Positions 30,014-40,427 of a stretch of DNA of 64,000 nt are shown in pieces. How positions within the stretch are numbered: the stretch's first letter is position 1; every line of letters starts with the position of its first letter. The stretch covers positions 1-64,000 of the forward strand of contig JBFXLE010000012.1 of the NCBI GenBank assembly GCA_050173015.1, given 5' to 3'. The DNA comes from Calditrichaceae bacterium. GTDB taxonomy: Bacteria; Calditrichota; Calditrichia; Calditrichales; JBFXGD01. The translations under genes and the position numbers were made by a program. The notes beneath the pieces were generated by a model. That model did not search any database. It was not told the DNA's origin and saw nothing but the letters and a program-made list of their open reading frames with translations.

Positions 30014-30481
30014 ATGGTTATAGGATTAATTTCAGACACACACAATACATTGCCAGAAAAAATTTTTAAAATATTTGAGAATGTGGATTATATCATCCAT
30101 GCGGGTGATGTCGGTTCTACTGATATATTAAATGAACTGGAAACGATCGCGCCGGTTAAGGCTGTTTACGGAAATATGGATTCTTTCCCTTTGGTTAGCG
30201 ATTATAATAGAATGGAGACATTTAGCCTGGGGGGGTGGTCATTCTGTTTGATTCACGCGATAAGCAGCACGAGATCATTCGCATACGAATTATTTAAAAT
30301 GCAGAAGAAAATTGATATTGTAATCTTTGGCCACACTCACCAGAAAGAACATACGGTTTTTAATGAAATACAATTTATCAATCCGGGAAGCGCTTCAAAG
30401 CCCAGACACTCGGTTAAGGGGTCTGTTGCCCTTCTGCACTTAAACAAAAATGAAATAGAAGTTAGATTTGTTCATATATAA
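30014..30481 (+). CDS. Metallophosphoesterase (YfcE/MJ0936 family)
   Basis: SDTH, HAGD, GNMD, FGHTH, INPGS. Confidence 0.9.
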   Translation: MVIGLISDTHNTLPEKIFKIFENVDYIIHAGDVGSTDILNELETIAPVKAVYGNMDSFPLVSDYNRMETFSLGGWSFCLIHAISSTRSFAYELFKMQKKIDIVIFGHTHQKEHTVFNEIQFINPGSASKPRHSVKGSVALLHLNKNEIEVRFVHI

Positions 30482-30518
30482 AAAAAAGAGTCAATTCGAT
30501 TTTGAATTGACTCTTTTT
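30481..30518. terminator. Bidirectional terminator
   Basis: AAAAAGAGTCAATTC...GAATTGACTCTTTTT between convergent genes. Confidence 0.85.
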
Positions 30519-30521
30519 GAT

Positions 30522-30716
30522 TTATCCGTAAACCTCTTTCTCATTGCATTTGCAGACACCGATGTTTTGTTCATGAAAACGGTATGCGCCTTCTTTTTTG
30601 GAAGGGACAACCTTGACCGTTAACGCGTGTGAATAAAATTCTCCGCATACGGGGCAGGATTTTCCATGTCTTGCCATTTTCATCGTCTTGCTGACGAAAT
30701 CCTGTTTCTTGGCCAT
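30522..30716 (-). CDS. Small basic Zn-ribbon-like protein (possible DUF4295/bL38 relative)
   Basis: GGAGG RBS; MAKK start, CPVC and CKC pairs, GAYRF motif. Confidence 0.7.
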   Translation of the reverse strand: MAKKQDFVSKTMKMARHGKSCPVCGEFYSHALTVKVVPSKKEGAYRFHEQNIGVCKCNEKEVYG

Positions 30717-30748
30717 TTTTTATCCTCCGGATGATTGTTAATCAAATT

Positions 30749-32008
30749 TTAATTTTTAAAAAACCGTTCAATTGTATGTGAAAAAAGATTGCTGTATTCA
30801 GCTAATAAATTTTTGTGTTCATCTTTATACTTCCCCGCAATTTCGTGTTCGAGAGTGATCATACCGATGGCCTCTGAGCCGAGGCGAATAGGTACAGACA
30901 GAAAGGATCGCAAACCATGATTTGACTTTTCCTGCTTTGAGAATCGCGGTATAAAGTAATCTCCTTTGTCAATATTATCGATTAAATAAGATTTGTTCTT
31001 TAGTATTACCCACCCGTTTAAACCATCTTCAAGAAGAAATTGATATCCTCTTCTGAATGGATCATCAATGCCAACAGCTTTGTTAATTACAGCTCTGTCT
31101 GTCTGGCCGCCTTCAATGTCCCTTGTGGCGATGGTCAATTTGGATGCTTCAAACTCAGTTGCCAGGAAATCAACGAAAAAATCAATGCATTCATTGAAAT
31201 TTTTTCCGGTATTCAGATGCTTTGCAAGCTTGAGATTGCGCCCATCAAGATCATTTCTGAGAAGAGTGCTTTTGTACTGAAGCTTTGTTGTCACCGCAGA
31301 TCTGGTGTTTTGATTAATTTGCCGTAGTACCGGAATATCTTCCAGATTAAAAAAACTGGAAGAATCTGCATCAAAAATCCAATACAGCTTTTCGTTCGTG
31401 TCTAAATCTGTTCGCAGAGCAAGCAGAGAGCGTGGTTTATAATTCTGTCCATTATAGAATGGCAACAAATTTGACGATGGTTCAAGATGGTTTTCAACTA
31501 ACAATCCGTCTTTGTTGTCAATTAATGGAAGAATTCCGGGGGAATCAAATTCTGAATTCCAGACTAATTTACCACTCATTTTTTTATTTATCAGAGTCAG
31601 CTTGTCCGTGTCAGATTTTAGAAAAAGATAACCGTTACCGGGAAGAAGAAAATTCCAGATAATCAAAAACTGGCCGATCAAAAAATCATGTAATTCATTT
31701 TCTTCTAATAAATCTTTTAATTTAACGGGTTTAATTTCAAAGAACAGATCATTGTACTCGTTATTTCCATGATCAATCTCATAATCTTCAGTGTCTGTGT
31801 CAGCTTTATCCTGTAATTCAACGAATTCTGTGCTGAAACTTTCTCTCCAAAGATCATATAAAAAATAGCTGAAGCAAAAAAAGACAACTATTTTTATCAC
31901 GATATTCCCGATAGACCCGAGAGTATCGAAATTCAGAAACATCCCGATTAATGCAAGCAAAAACAAAATAACGTATTTGTACACGGACAGAACATCCTTA
32001 AAAAACAT
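30749..32008 (-). CDS. Membrane-anchored GAF domain protein
   Basis: Two N-terminal TM helices; C-terminal GAF (GLNGWV...RSFLSVPI...IGMITL); no output domain seen. Confidence 0.75.
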   Translation of the reverse strand: MFFKDVLSVYKYVILFLLALIGMFLNFDTLGSIGNIVIKIVVFFCFSYFLYDLWRESFSTEFVELQDKADTDTEDYEIDHGNNEYNDLFFEIKPVKLKDLLEENELHDFLIGQFLIIWNFLLPGNGYLFLKSDTDKLTLINKKMSGKLVWNSEFDSPGILPLIDNKDGLLVENHLEPSSNLLPFYNGQNYKPRSLLALRTDLDTNEKLYWIFDADSSSFFNLEDIPVLRQINQNTRSAVTTKLQYKSTLLRNDLDGRNLKLAKHLNTGKNFNECIDFFVDFLATEFEASKLTIATRDIEGGQTDRAVINKAVGIDDPFRRGYQFLLEDGLNGWVILKNKSYLIDNIDKGDYFIPRFSKQEKSNHGLRSFLSVPIRLGSEAIGMITLEHEIAGKYKDEHKNLLAEYSNLFSHTIERFFKN

Positions 32009-32054
32009 GGAATTTAAGGATAAATTGAGGAAAAAACAATCCTTATTATTAGAT

Positions 32055-32600
32055 CTATTTCTCCTGGCCTACAAGGTTAATCCGATTCTGATCAACAACA
32101 GCCGGTTCATGGATAAGGCTGTCCTTCTTACCGGACGCATTTATCTTGGTTGCTTCACTCGCGATACTTGTTTCTTGAGTTACTTTGTAGACGGGGGCAT
32201 CGCTTCTTGATATCGTCGAAGAATGCTGTAAAGCTGAGGGTGGAGCAGCCGTGTTTGTTGATGTGAAGTCAGTAGCTATGAAAAAGTACATTGCTGCTGC
32301 AAGGGCTATTCCTGAAAAACCAACTGACAATCGTCGGATTGAAAACATAGGTGATTTTTCGGTAATTGGATCCATGTTGATAATTTGCTGGCGGAGTCTG
32401 GAATCGAAATCATCCGAAATATTTACTTTCGGCATCACGCTGAGTTTTTGCGTCAGGAGCTTGACCTGCGAAAAAACTTCATTGCAGTTCTGACAAGCAC
32501 GAATGTGGTCATCAATCGTTTTCCGTGTATCAGACGACAATGTATTGCTCAGATATTCAGACAATAAGCTTTTAGTCCTGTCGCAAGAAATCATATGCAT
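32055..32600 (-). CDS. Zinc-finger (zf-HC2) anti-sigma factor
   Basis: C...LLSEYL...HIRACQNC (HxxxCxxC) plus one TM helix; directly downstream of the ECF sigma. Confidence 0.85.
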   Translation of the reverse strand: MHMISCDRTKSLLSEYLSNTLSSDTRKTIDDHIRACQNCNEVFSQVKLLTQKLSVMPKVNISDDFDSRLRQQIINMDPITEKSPMFSIRRLSVGFSGIALAAAMYFFIATDFTSTNTAAPPSALQHSSTISRSDAPVYKVTQETSIASEATKINASGKKDSLIHEPAVVDQNRINLVGQEK

Positions 32601-32611
32601 CTCCTCAAAAT

Positions 32612-33226
32612 TTACACATCATTCATTAAATCTTTCAAATCTTCCTGGAGCTTCAGCCTCGCGCGGTTAACACGTGATTTTACAGTTCCTAAAGGAATAC
32701 CAACAATCTCAGCGATTTCTTCGTAGGAAAATCCCTGGATGTCTCTTAATATGATCACCTGTTTAAACTTTGGTGACAATTTATTGATCGCTTTTTGAAT
32801 TATCTGATCAGTTATAACAGAATTGACATCAATTTCAGGATTTGTCTCATAATCCGGAATGTCATAATCCTTCTCCGTCGACATATAATAACTAATAGAG
32901 TAAAGGTTACGCCGTTTCCGCTTTCTAAGTTCCGTTTTAGCTAAATTACTTGCAATCGTATAAATCCAGGTTGAGAATTTTGCAATTTCTTTGTAATAAT
33001 GCTTGTTTTTAAATAATCTTAAAAACGTTTCCTGAACGATATCTTCCGCTTCATTTTTTTCACCTAAAAAGCGGTACACAAAGTTAAGCAACGGTTCTTT
33101 GTATCTTTTAACAAGCAGATCAAACGCATAGTTATCTCCCTGCTGAAAACGGGAGATTAATATTTCATCCGACAGATCGGTGCCTTTTTGAATCTGCGCG
33201 TTGGTCTGGTTTTCTATCTTAACCAT
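32612..33226 (-). CDS. ECF RNA polymerase sigma factor (SigE/SigW-like)
   Basis: AEDIVQETF, FSTWIYTIA, SYEEIAEIVGIPLGTVKSRVNRAR. Confidence 0.93.
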   Translation of the reverse strand: MVKIENQTNAQIQKGTDLSDEILISRFQQGDNYAFDLLVKRYKEPLLNFVYRFLGEKNEAEDIVQETFLRLFKNKHYYKEIAKFSTWIYTIASNLAKTELRKRKRRNLYSISYYMSTEKDYDIPDYETNPEIDVNSVITDQIIQKAINKLSPKFKQVIILRDIQGFSYEEIAEIVGIPLGTVKSRVNRARLKLQEDLKDLMNDV

Positions 33227-33241
33227 ATTTTTTAACGTTTC

Positions 33242-33270
33242 TTTAACATTGATAAATTTTTGTAAGTTCC
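33242..33270 (-). promoter_or_regulatory. Putative autoregulatory ECF promoter GGAACTT-N16-GTTAAA
   Basis: The -35 matches the canonical AAC-type ECF element; lies immediately upstream of the ECF sigma gene. Confidence 0.6.
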
Positions 33271-33304
33271 ATTTTTTTTTCTATTTTCAAAATAAGATAA
33301 ATTC

Positions 33305-34306
33305 TCAGATCCTGCAAATTTTATAACATAACATCTGCATAGCGGCGTCGTCTTTCAATGGGGATGATTTCAATGCTATATCCATCTCATGGAGTAGCCC
33401 GAGAATTGAATCAATTTGTGGTTCCGAAAAATGAGTCAGAGAGTCAAATGCATCCTTTAGTTGAAATTCATTTTTATTCATTTCAGTCAAGATTTGAGAC
33501 CGGGATTTCCCCATTTTTCTTAGTGAAGCGGCAATCAATGCTCTTCTGAAAAAGCCAAATAAAAATGCACAGATTATATTGGCATTTTCACCCGATTCCA
33601 GAAGTTTTTTACTTACCTGAATACTCAGGGATAATTGCCTGTGGGCAAGAGCCGACTGCAGAGCAAAAACATTGGTTTCTTTTGAAATTCCGGTTGTCAC
33701 AGAGAGATCATCCACTGTGATCAAAGACTGATCGCCTTTAAAATTGCGCGCTTTTTCCAATTCCAGGTCCAGATTCAACAGATTTGTACCGATATGATCG
33801 ACGAGAAACTGGAGTGCCGGGACTTCTATTTTGATCTCATTCTGTTTGCATCGTTCCTTTAGAAAATCCAAAATATGGTAATCTTTAATCGGATTGCATT
33901 CAACCGATAGGGCAATCTTCTTGATGGATTGAAAAATTTTTGTTCTGCCGTGTTCTTCCGTGCTTAGCACAAGGCAGGTGCTGTCCTGAGGATGAGTAAG
34001 ATATTTTTCGAATGATTCGGGATCCGATATATTCATCCGGTTCAAATCTCTGACAATTACAAGTTTCTTGTCAGAAAGCATGGGATAGGCAAGGCAGGCG
34101 GATATGACTTCGCTCAACGTTCCTTCCGTTCCATAGACGAGTGAAAGATTTAAACTTTTTGCCGATGGATCCGGAAAAATGGCCTGATCAAGAGTCCGTA
34201 TGATCAAATCATGGAAATATTTTTCTTTACCCACAAGATAATATACCGGAGCAATCTGACCGCTTTGAATAGATTTTACAATATTGTTTACAGATGTTTT
34301 TGACAT
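33305..34306 (-). CDS. holA: DNA polymerase III delta subunit
   Basis: PVYYLVGKEKY, PMLSDKKLVIV, ELEK pattern. Confidence 0.85.
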   Translation of the reverse strand: MSKTSVNNIVKSIQSGQIAPVYYLVGKEKYFHDLIIRTLDQAIFPDPSAKSLNLSLVYGTEGTLSEVISACLAYPMLSDKKLVIVRDLNRMNISDPESFEKYLTHPQDSTCLVLSTEEHGRTKIFQSIKKIALSVECNPIKDYHILDFLKERCKQNEIKIEVPALQFLVDHIGTNLLNLDLELEKARNFKGDQSLITVDDLSVTTGISKETNVFALQSALAHRQLSLSIQVSKKLLESGENANIICAFLFGFFRRALIAASLRKMGKSRSQILTEMNKNEFQLKDAFDSLTHFSEPQIDSILGLLHEMDIALKSSPLKDDAAMQMLCYKICRI

Positions 34307-34312
34307 ATTGAT

Positions 34313-35776
34313 CTAAATTTTGTTATTGGTTCTCAGGGTGTTTGTTAGTTTTTTATTGAACAGTATCCCTGCAATTAGGACAATCGCCCATTGCAAAACA
34401 GATGTGCCCGGACTGAATGTTTCCAGCGGATTCCACCATGTTTCGGGATACCAGAGAACAGATTGATAAAGCCACCAGGATAGCATAACAATAAATTCAA
34501 GTGGAAGAACAAAATAGAACAGTATCCTGAATATCTTGATATACGCGGCATGTTGACGCGTTGGAGAAAGCCAGTTCTCAATAAATTTCTTAGCGCCTAT
34601 TTTTATCACTGCGAGTGTAAAGAAAAAACCACTGAGCATCAACCCCAACCCCCAAACCCAATCCTGATTATTGAAAAAGGAGAGTGAAATTGCCGATGGC
34701 ATACCGACGACCGAAGTCAAAACAGCAATCAAAATCACGGATTTCTTCCTTCTGAATCCAAAATCCATTAACATTCTTACCGCCAGTTCAATCATCGAAA
34801 TCAAGCTGCTCATTGCCGCAAAAAACAATGCCAGAAAAAAAATAGTCGTAAATATTTCTGAGCCGGGCATTTTTGCAAATAGTTGGGGAATCACTATAAA
34901 TGCCAAACCCTGATTTCCCGCGGACAGCGCGTCATTTGCCGCCTGCGAATTCACACTAAGCGCGAATACTGTCGGAATGACAACCAATCCGGCGAGGATT
35001 GAAGCGAAATTGTTCCCAACACCGGCTAAAAACGAATTCTGCACTATTTTTTCGTCCTTTTTTGCATAAATAGCATAAGTCAGTAATAAGCCCCAACCCG
35101 CTCCGGTTGACCAGGCGGATTGCGATAATCCTTCCAGCCAGACTTTGTAGTTTGAAAGCGTCTCCAGGTCAATGCTAAAAAAATAAGCCAATCCTTTAGA
35201 TGATCCGGGCAGGGTTATCGCTTTGACCGCGGCTGTGATTAGTAAAACGTATAAAAGCGGTACAATAATCTTTGAAAATTTTTCTATACCATTGACAATG
35301 CCTCGGTAAATGATAAACGCGCCCGCCAAAATGGATACAAGATGAAAAAGAACAGGTTCGTACACCGATGCCGTATATTCCTGCCAATAGACAGCATGAT
35401 TGAGTGTCGCTAGTTTTCCGGTCAGCGCGAGTACAAAATATTTAAGGCTCCATCCACACACAACGGAATAATAAAACAATATGGCGGTTGTGCAGAAACC
35501 GACAAACAAGCCCATCCACGCGAATTCTTTCCCCATTGCTTCTTTAAAAGATCCAATGGTACCCATTTTAACTCTTTTGCCTATGGAAAATTCTACAATT
35601 AAAAGAGGAATAGACCAAAGAAAAAGAAACAAAAACCAGGGAATTAAAAATGATCCCCCGTATTGTCCGGCAAGCCGGGGAAAACGCCATATGTTACCGG
35701 CCCCTATCGCCATACCCAGTGTGGCGGCGATAAGTCCAAACCGGGATGAGAACAGTTCCTTGTTTAACTCGGACAT
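34313..35776 (-). CDS. Sodium-dependent transporter (NSS/SNF family)
   Basis: FSSRFG, GMAIGAGNIWRFP, many TM segments. Confidence 0.9.
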   Translation of the reverse strand: MSELNKELFSSRFGLIAATLGMAIGAGNIWRFPRLAGQYGGSFLIPWFLFLFLWSIPLLIVEFSIGKRVKMGTIGSFKEAMGKEFAWMGLFVGFCTTAILFYYSVVCGWSLKYFVLALTGKLATLNHAVYWQEYTASVYEPVLFHLVSILAGAFIIYRGIVNGIEKFSKIIVPLLYVLLITAAVKAITLPGSSKGLAYFFSIDLETLSNYKVWLEGLSQSAWSTGAGWGLLLTYAIYAKKDEKIVQNSFLAGVGNNFASILAGLVVIPTVFALSVNSQAANDALSAGNQGLAFIVIPQLFAKMPGSEIFTTIFFLALFFAAMSSLISMIELAVRMLMDFGFRRKKSVILIAVLTSVVGMPSAISLSFFNNQDWVWGLGLMLSGFFFTLAVIKIGAKKFIENWLSPTRQHAAYIKIFRILFYFVLPLEFIVMLSWWLYQSVLWYPETWWNPLETFSPGTSVLQWAIVLIAGILFNKKLTNTLRTNNKI

Positions 35777-35780
35777 AATA

Positions 35781-36590
35781 TTATCTCAGATAAAACCAGG
35801 TTATTCCGGTGATTGATACGGCCATGCAATAATAACCAAACCACTGTAATTTGCCTCTTTTTACGACATCGAGCAGAAGGATTATCGCAAAGTAGCCTGA
35901 TATGAAAGATACGAGTGCTCCGGCAAGAAGATTCATGATCTCATCGGAAGTTGGCGGAACTTTTATCAGATCATTTAATTTTAATACAACAGCTCCGAGA
36001 ATCGCGGGAATGGACATGATGAAGGAAAATTTTGCGACTTTCTCCCGGTCCAAACCGAATGCCATGCCGGTGAAAATAGTGCTCCCGCTGCGTGAAATTC
36101 CCGGCAAAATAGCAATAGACTGGGCAATTCCGATAATCAGGGAATTGACATAATTGAACTCAGTGTTTTTTTGTTTTAAAAATTGTGAACTCCACATGAG
36201 GATAGCGGTGATCATCAGCATGAAGAATACTAACAGGATGTTTGAGAACAGAGCTTCTATTGGATCTTTTAATGTAAGGCCAATGATTACAGCGGGGATG
36301 GTAGCGACAATTATGTAATAATCCCATTTTAAGAATTCGGCTAACTCAGAATCTGATTCTTTGAGTACCAAAACTTTGTAAGGGGCTATCACCATTTTAG
36401 AAAGTTCATAACGAAACGCTAACAGTACGGAGAGAAGCGTTCCGAAGTGAACAAAGACCTCAAAAGCAATTCCCGGTTGGTGAAAATTTAAGAGTTCTCC
36501 AAAGATGACCAGATGTCCGGAACTCGAAATCGGCAGAAACTCAGACAGTCCCTGAATCAGCCCAAGTATAATAGCTTTAATTAATTCCAC
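35781..36590 (-). CDS. uppP: Undecaprenyl-diphosphate phosphatase
   Basis: QGLSEFLPISSSGHL, PGISRSGST. Start taken as GTG 36590 after TGGAG. Confidence 0.93.
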   Translation of the reverse strand: MELIKAIILGLIQGLSEFLPISSSGHLVIFGELLNFHQPGIAFEVFVHFGTLLSVLLAFRYELSKMVIAPYKVLVLKESDSELAEFLKWDYYIIVATIPAVIIGLTLKDPIEALFSNILLVFFMLMITAILMWSSQFLKQKNTEFNYVNSLIIGIAQSIAILPGISRSGSTIFTGMAFGLDREKVAKFSFIMSIPAILGAVVLKLNDLIKVPPTSDEIMNLLAGALVSFISGYFAIILLLDVVKRGKLQWFGYYCMAVSITGITWFYLR

Positions 36591-36761
36591 AATAACTCCA
36601 ATGCAGGTATCATTATGCGCATAATAAAAAATCAATACGGGTATTCATTTTAAATACTAAATTTATTTAATTTTATTATATTAAACAACATCAAATAGAA
36701 TCGCCTTGTTTATGTATTCATTGTTGAATTCAGATTTTATGGAAATTAAAATGGAGGAAAT

Positions 36762-37235
36762 TTGAAAAAGACTGTCTTACCCCTTGACAAGCATCAAACA
36801 GAAGCTGACTGGAAAGAATTTGAGAAAATCTGGAATGAGAGTGAACAATTAAAGTATTTTGGTTTTAAAGTTGATTTGAGTGATCCGGAGCATCCTGTGG
36901 CCCTGATTCCCGACATAGAGCCGCATCACCTTGGAGGACTCGGGTCAGGTTTTGTAAACGGGGCCATTGTTGCCGCGTTATGTGATCTGGCTGTGGGGCT
37001 TACCGGATCGATTCAGTTGGGGTGTCGTATCAAGGGGACAGCTGAACTCAATATTCGTTATCTGTATCCGCTTGTGTCAAAAAGCGTTAAAGCGGTGGGA
37101 AAGGTCGAGCGGGTTTCAAAAAATCTGGCGTTTACGTCGGCAGATGTTTATGATGACAGCGGGAAAATTTGCGCGATTGCCCAGGGAATTGTCGCTTGTA
37201 GTTCACGTTTAAACGGTTTACCTGATGAAGAATAA
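36762..37235 (+). CDS. PaaI-family hotdog thioesterase
   Basis: VNGAIVAALCD, TAELNIRYL.P; GGAGG RBS with TTG start. Confidence 0.82.
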   Translation: MKKTVLPLDKHQTEADWKEFEKIWNESEQLKYFGFKVDLSDPEHPVALIPDIEPHHLGGLGSGFVNGAIVAALCDLAVGLTGSIQLGCRIKGTAELNIRYLYPLVSKSVKAVGKVERVSKNLAFTSADVYDDSGKICAIAQGIVACSSRLNGLPDEE

Positions 37236-37257
37236 TATCTAATAAAGCTATAAAAAG

Positions 37258-37288
37258 AAAAACGGGGCATCAGAAGGCCCCGTTTTTT
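37258..37288. terminator. Bidirectional terminator after groEL
   Basis: AAAAACGGGGC...GCCCCGTTTTT. Confidence 0.85.
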
Positions 37289-37304
37289 ATATAAGATAGC
37301 ATCG

Positions 37305-38930
37305 TTAATACATACCACCCATACCGCCTGGAGGCATATCAGGAGGAGCAGGATTCTCCTCGGGTTTGTCTGTGATCAATGCTTCGGTCATGAGGAGCAG
37401 GCCGGCGACAGATGACGCGTTTTCGAGCGCGCTCCTTGTCACTTTTGTCGGGTCAATCACCCCTGCTTCAAGAAGATCCTCATAGATTTCAGTCGCGGCA
37501 TTAAATCCGTATGCATCTTTGCCTTCTTTTACTTTTTGAACAACTACGGATCCTTCCAGGCCCGCGTTGTTAACGATCTGCCGAATTGGCTCCTCAAGGG
37601 CGCGTCTTACAATATCAATACCGATTTTTTGATCACCCTTTGCTTTTAAAGAATCAAGAGCGCCAATGGAACGAAGGAGAGCGACACCGCCACCCGGAAC
37701 AATGCCTTCATCAACAGCGGCGCGTGTCGCATGAAGCGCGTCCTCAACCCGGGCTTTCTTTTCTTTCATCTCGATTTCTGTCGCAGCGCCGATCTTTATC
37801 ACGGCGACACCACCCGCGAGTTTAGCCAGTCGTTCCTGTAATTTCTCCCGGTCATAATCGCTCGTTGTGTTTTCGATCTGAGCGCGGATTTGAGAAACCC
37901 GTCCCTTGATATCACTGCTTTTGCCGGCCCCTTCGACGATCGTAGTGTTTTCCTTGTCAATGTTAATTTTTTTAGCTTTTCCGAGATCCTCTAAAGTCGC
38001 GTTTTCCAGTTTAAACCCTGTTTCTTCGCTGATAACTTTTCCGCCGGTCAAAATAGCGATATCATCAAGCATGGCCTTCCGGCGATCGCCAAATCCCGGT
38101 GCTTTTACTGCTGCTACTTTAAGGGTGCCTCTAAGTTTATTAACCACTAAAGTGGCCAGCGCTTCCCCCTCAACATCCTCAGCGATAATCAGTAAAGGTT
38201 TCCCGGTCTGCGCGGCTTTTTCAAGCACCGGCAGGAGATCTTTCATTGTACTGATTTTTTTATCGTAAATCAGAATCAGCGCGTCTTCGAGATGTGCCTC
38301 CATTGTTTCGGAATCAGTGACGAAGTAAGGTGAACTATAACCACGGTCAAATTGCATACCTTCAACAACATCCAGAGAAGTTTCTATAGATTTTGCTTCT
38401 TCGACCGTTATCACACCATCCTTGCCTACTTTGTCCATCGCGTCCGCGATAAGGTCACCAATGGTGGGATCATTATTGGCGGAAATTGTGCCAACCTGGG
38501 CAACTTCTTTTTTTCCGGAAACATCTCTGGACATCGTTTTCAAATGCTCGATCACTTTTTTGACAGCGAGATCGATTCCGCGTTTCAATTCCGCGGGATT
38601 GGCCCCCGCGGTTACATTTTTTAGACCTTCATTAAAAATGGCCTGTGCCAGAACCGTCGCTGTGGTTGTGCCGTCACCAGCGACATCGCTGGTTTTTGAT
38701 GCCACTTCTTTAACCATTTGAGCGCCCATGTTTTCAAAAGGATCAGCAAGTTCGATTTCTTTAGCAACGGTTACACCATCCTTTGTAATGGTTGGGGCGC
38801 CAAATTTTTTGTCTATTACGACATTACGGCCTTTTGGTCCCAACGTGATTTTTACCGCCTTGGCCAGGGTATCCACGCCACGCTTGAGTTTTACCCGCGC
38901 TTCAACATCATATTCAATTAATTTAGACAT
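37305..38930 (-). CDS. groL: Chaperonin GroEL
   Basis: [29 protein letters not shown]-terminal tail. Confidence 0.98.
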   Translation of the reverse strand: MSKLIEYDVEARVKLKRGVDTLAKAVKITLGPKGRNVVIDKKFGAPTITKDGVTVAKEIELADPFENMGAQMVKEVASKTSDVAGDGTTTATVLAQAIFNEGLKNVTAGANPAELKRGIDLAVKKVIEHLKTMSRDVSGKKEVAQVGTISANNDPTIGDLIADAMDKVGKDGVITVEEAKSIETSLDVVEGMQFDRGYSSPYFVTDSETMEAHLEDALILIYDKKISTMKDLLPVLEKAAQTGKPLLIIAEDVEGEALATLVVNKLRGTLKVAAVKAPGFGDRRKAMLDDIAILTGGKVISEETGFKLENATLEDLGKAKKINIDKENTTIVEGAGKSSDIKGRVSQIRAQIENTTSDYDREKLQERLAKLAGGVAVIKIGAATEIEMKEKKARVEDALHATRAAVDEGIVPGGGVALLRSIGALDSLKAKGDQKIGIDIVRRALEEPIRQIVNNAGLEGSVVVQKVKEGKDAYGFNAATEIYEDLLEAGVIDPTKVTRSALENASSVAGLLLMTEALITDKPEENPAPPDMPPGGMGGMY

Positions 38931-38956
38931 AAATCAACCTCTTATTTATGAAGTTA

Positions 38957-39244
38957 CTATTTTAAAATTGCCAATAAATCATTTTCGTTCAAAATCAGAT
39001 AATCCTGCTTGTCCATTTTGAAGTCGGTTCCTGAATATTTACCGTATAAAACTATATCTCCCTTTTGGACATCCATGGGAATTCGTTTTCCGTCATCTGT
39101 CACGCGACCGGGACCAGCGGCAATGACTTCGCCGCGCATTGGTTTTTGCTTTGCGGTGTCCGGAACAATAATTCCTGTGGCGGTTTTTTCCTCTTCAGGA
39201 AGCGGTTTAACCAGGACTCTGTCAGACAGGGGTTTTAAATTCAT
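38957..39244 (-). CDS. groS: Co-chaperonin GroES
   Basis: [27 protein letters not shown]. Confidence 0.97.
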   Translation of the reverse strand: MNLKPLSDRVLVKPLPEEEKTATGIIVPDTAKQKPMRGEVIAAGPGRVTDDGKRIPMDVQKGDIVLYGKYSGTDFKMDKQDYLILNENDLLAILK

Positions 39245-39326
39245 TTGTTCCTCCTAAATTGGTGATTTAATATATTTGATCTATAAGACTTATTTAGTTA
39301 TCGAGCTCAGGAATATCCCGAAAGAT

Positions 39327-39767
39327 TTAAGTGATTTTTATTTCAATTTCCTTTGATCTTGATTTTGATGATTTTGGTATTGTGATAGTCAAAATACCAT
39401 TTTCAAAATCAGCGCTGATTTTATCAGCGTTGACTTCATCGGGAATCTCAATAGATCGGTAAAATTTTCCGTAAGCGCATTCATAGCGAAGAAATACCGC
39501 TGATTTAATATCTTTTCCTGTTTTTTCACCGCTGATAATAAGCATGTTTTTCTGGAATGTGATTCTTACGTCATTTTTACTGACGCCGGGGAGTTCCGCG
39601 GAGACGATGAAACTGTGATCGCTTTCCTCCAAATTGATTCTGGGATTGACATCTGACCGTGCTTCATGTCTTTCAGACTCAGTGCCTGCAAGATCATTAA
39701 AAAGGCGGTCCAGATCATCTTTTAAAGAAAAAATGCTTCTGCCGGGTGTCCATCGTGCGAATGCCAT
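39327..39767 (-). CDS. Hsp20/alpha-crystallin small heat-shock protein
   Basis: AELPGV, YGKFYRSI, ADFENGILTITIPK. Confidence 0.92.
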   Translation of the reverse strand: MAFARWTPGRSIFSLKDDLDRLFNDLAGTESERHEARSDVNPRINLEESDHSFIVSAELPGVSKNDVRITFQKNMLIISGEKTGKDIKSAVFLRYECAYGKFYRSIEIPDEVNADKISADFENGILTITIPKSSKSRSKEIEIKIT

Positions 39768-39806
39768 AAGACCTCCAATTATTTTAATTACAATACAGTG
39801 CTAAAT

Positions 39807-39822
39807 AGCAATGTTTGTGCCA
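39807..39822 (-). promoter_or_regulatory. Sigma54 promoter TGGCAC-AAACA-TTGCT upstream of hsp20-groES-groEL
   Basis: Perfect TGGCAC-N5-TTGCW match about 40 bp upstream of the hsp20 start. Confidence 0.8.
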
Positions 39823-40084
39823 GTGTTGATTGACAAGTTAAGTGTTTAATAATACAATAGATATGAATAGAGCGAAATGGTTGAATTGTTTTAGGCTTTT
39901 TGGGTCTGATGGTTAATATGGCGTATAAGTAGTACAAAATGGCTGACAAGTGCAATTTTGGCATATAATAGACCGGGCGAGCTGAATTTTGCAAAAAGGG
40001 AAGGTAGTGGACAATCGACATTGATTGTAGACGCTGTTCTGCATAGATTACTTTTCAAAATGCAATGATTAATGAGGATTAAAA

Positions 40085-40387
40085 ATGGTAAAGCATATTG
40101 TTTTATGGAGATTTAAAACGGAAGGGGACACGGATAATAAATTAAGAAAAATGCAAAAACTGAAAATTATGATAGAAGCGTTAAGGGAAAACATTGATGG
40201 TATCCTGGAGCTTGAAGTGGGTATAGATATCAACAACTCCGAATCCAGCGCGGATATGGTTTTGTATTCCGTTTTTGAGAGCAGACAGGCATATGATTTT
40301 TACCAGGCCCATCCGGAGCACCAAAAGGTCGCTTCCAAGCTTAAAGAAATAACGCTTGAGCGAAGGGTGGCTGATTATGAAATATGA
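40085..40387 (+). CDS. Dabb family stress-responsive A/B barrel protein
   Basis: MVKHIVLWRF, YQAHPEH, DYE. Confidence 0.88.
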   Translation: MVKHIVLWRFKTEGDTDNKLRKMQKLKIMIEALRENIDGILELEVGIDINNSESSADMVLYSVFESRQAYDFYQAHPEHQKVASKLKEITLERRVADYEI

Positions 40388-40427
40388 TTGTAATTTAGAG
40401 TAACTTCAAGGGCGGGAAAAATTAGAT

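Noticed and set aside
39796-39804. CIRCE element upstream of hsp20-groESL
   Set aside because: Only one arm (TTAGCACTG on the minus strand); the partner arm 9 bp away is absent.
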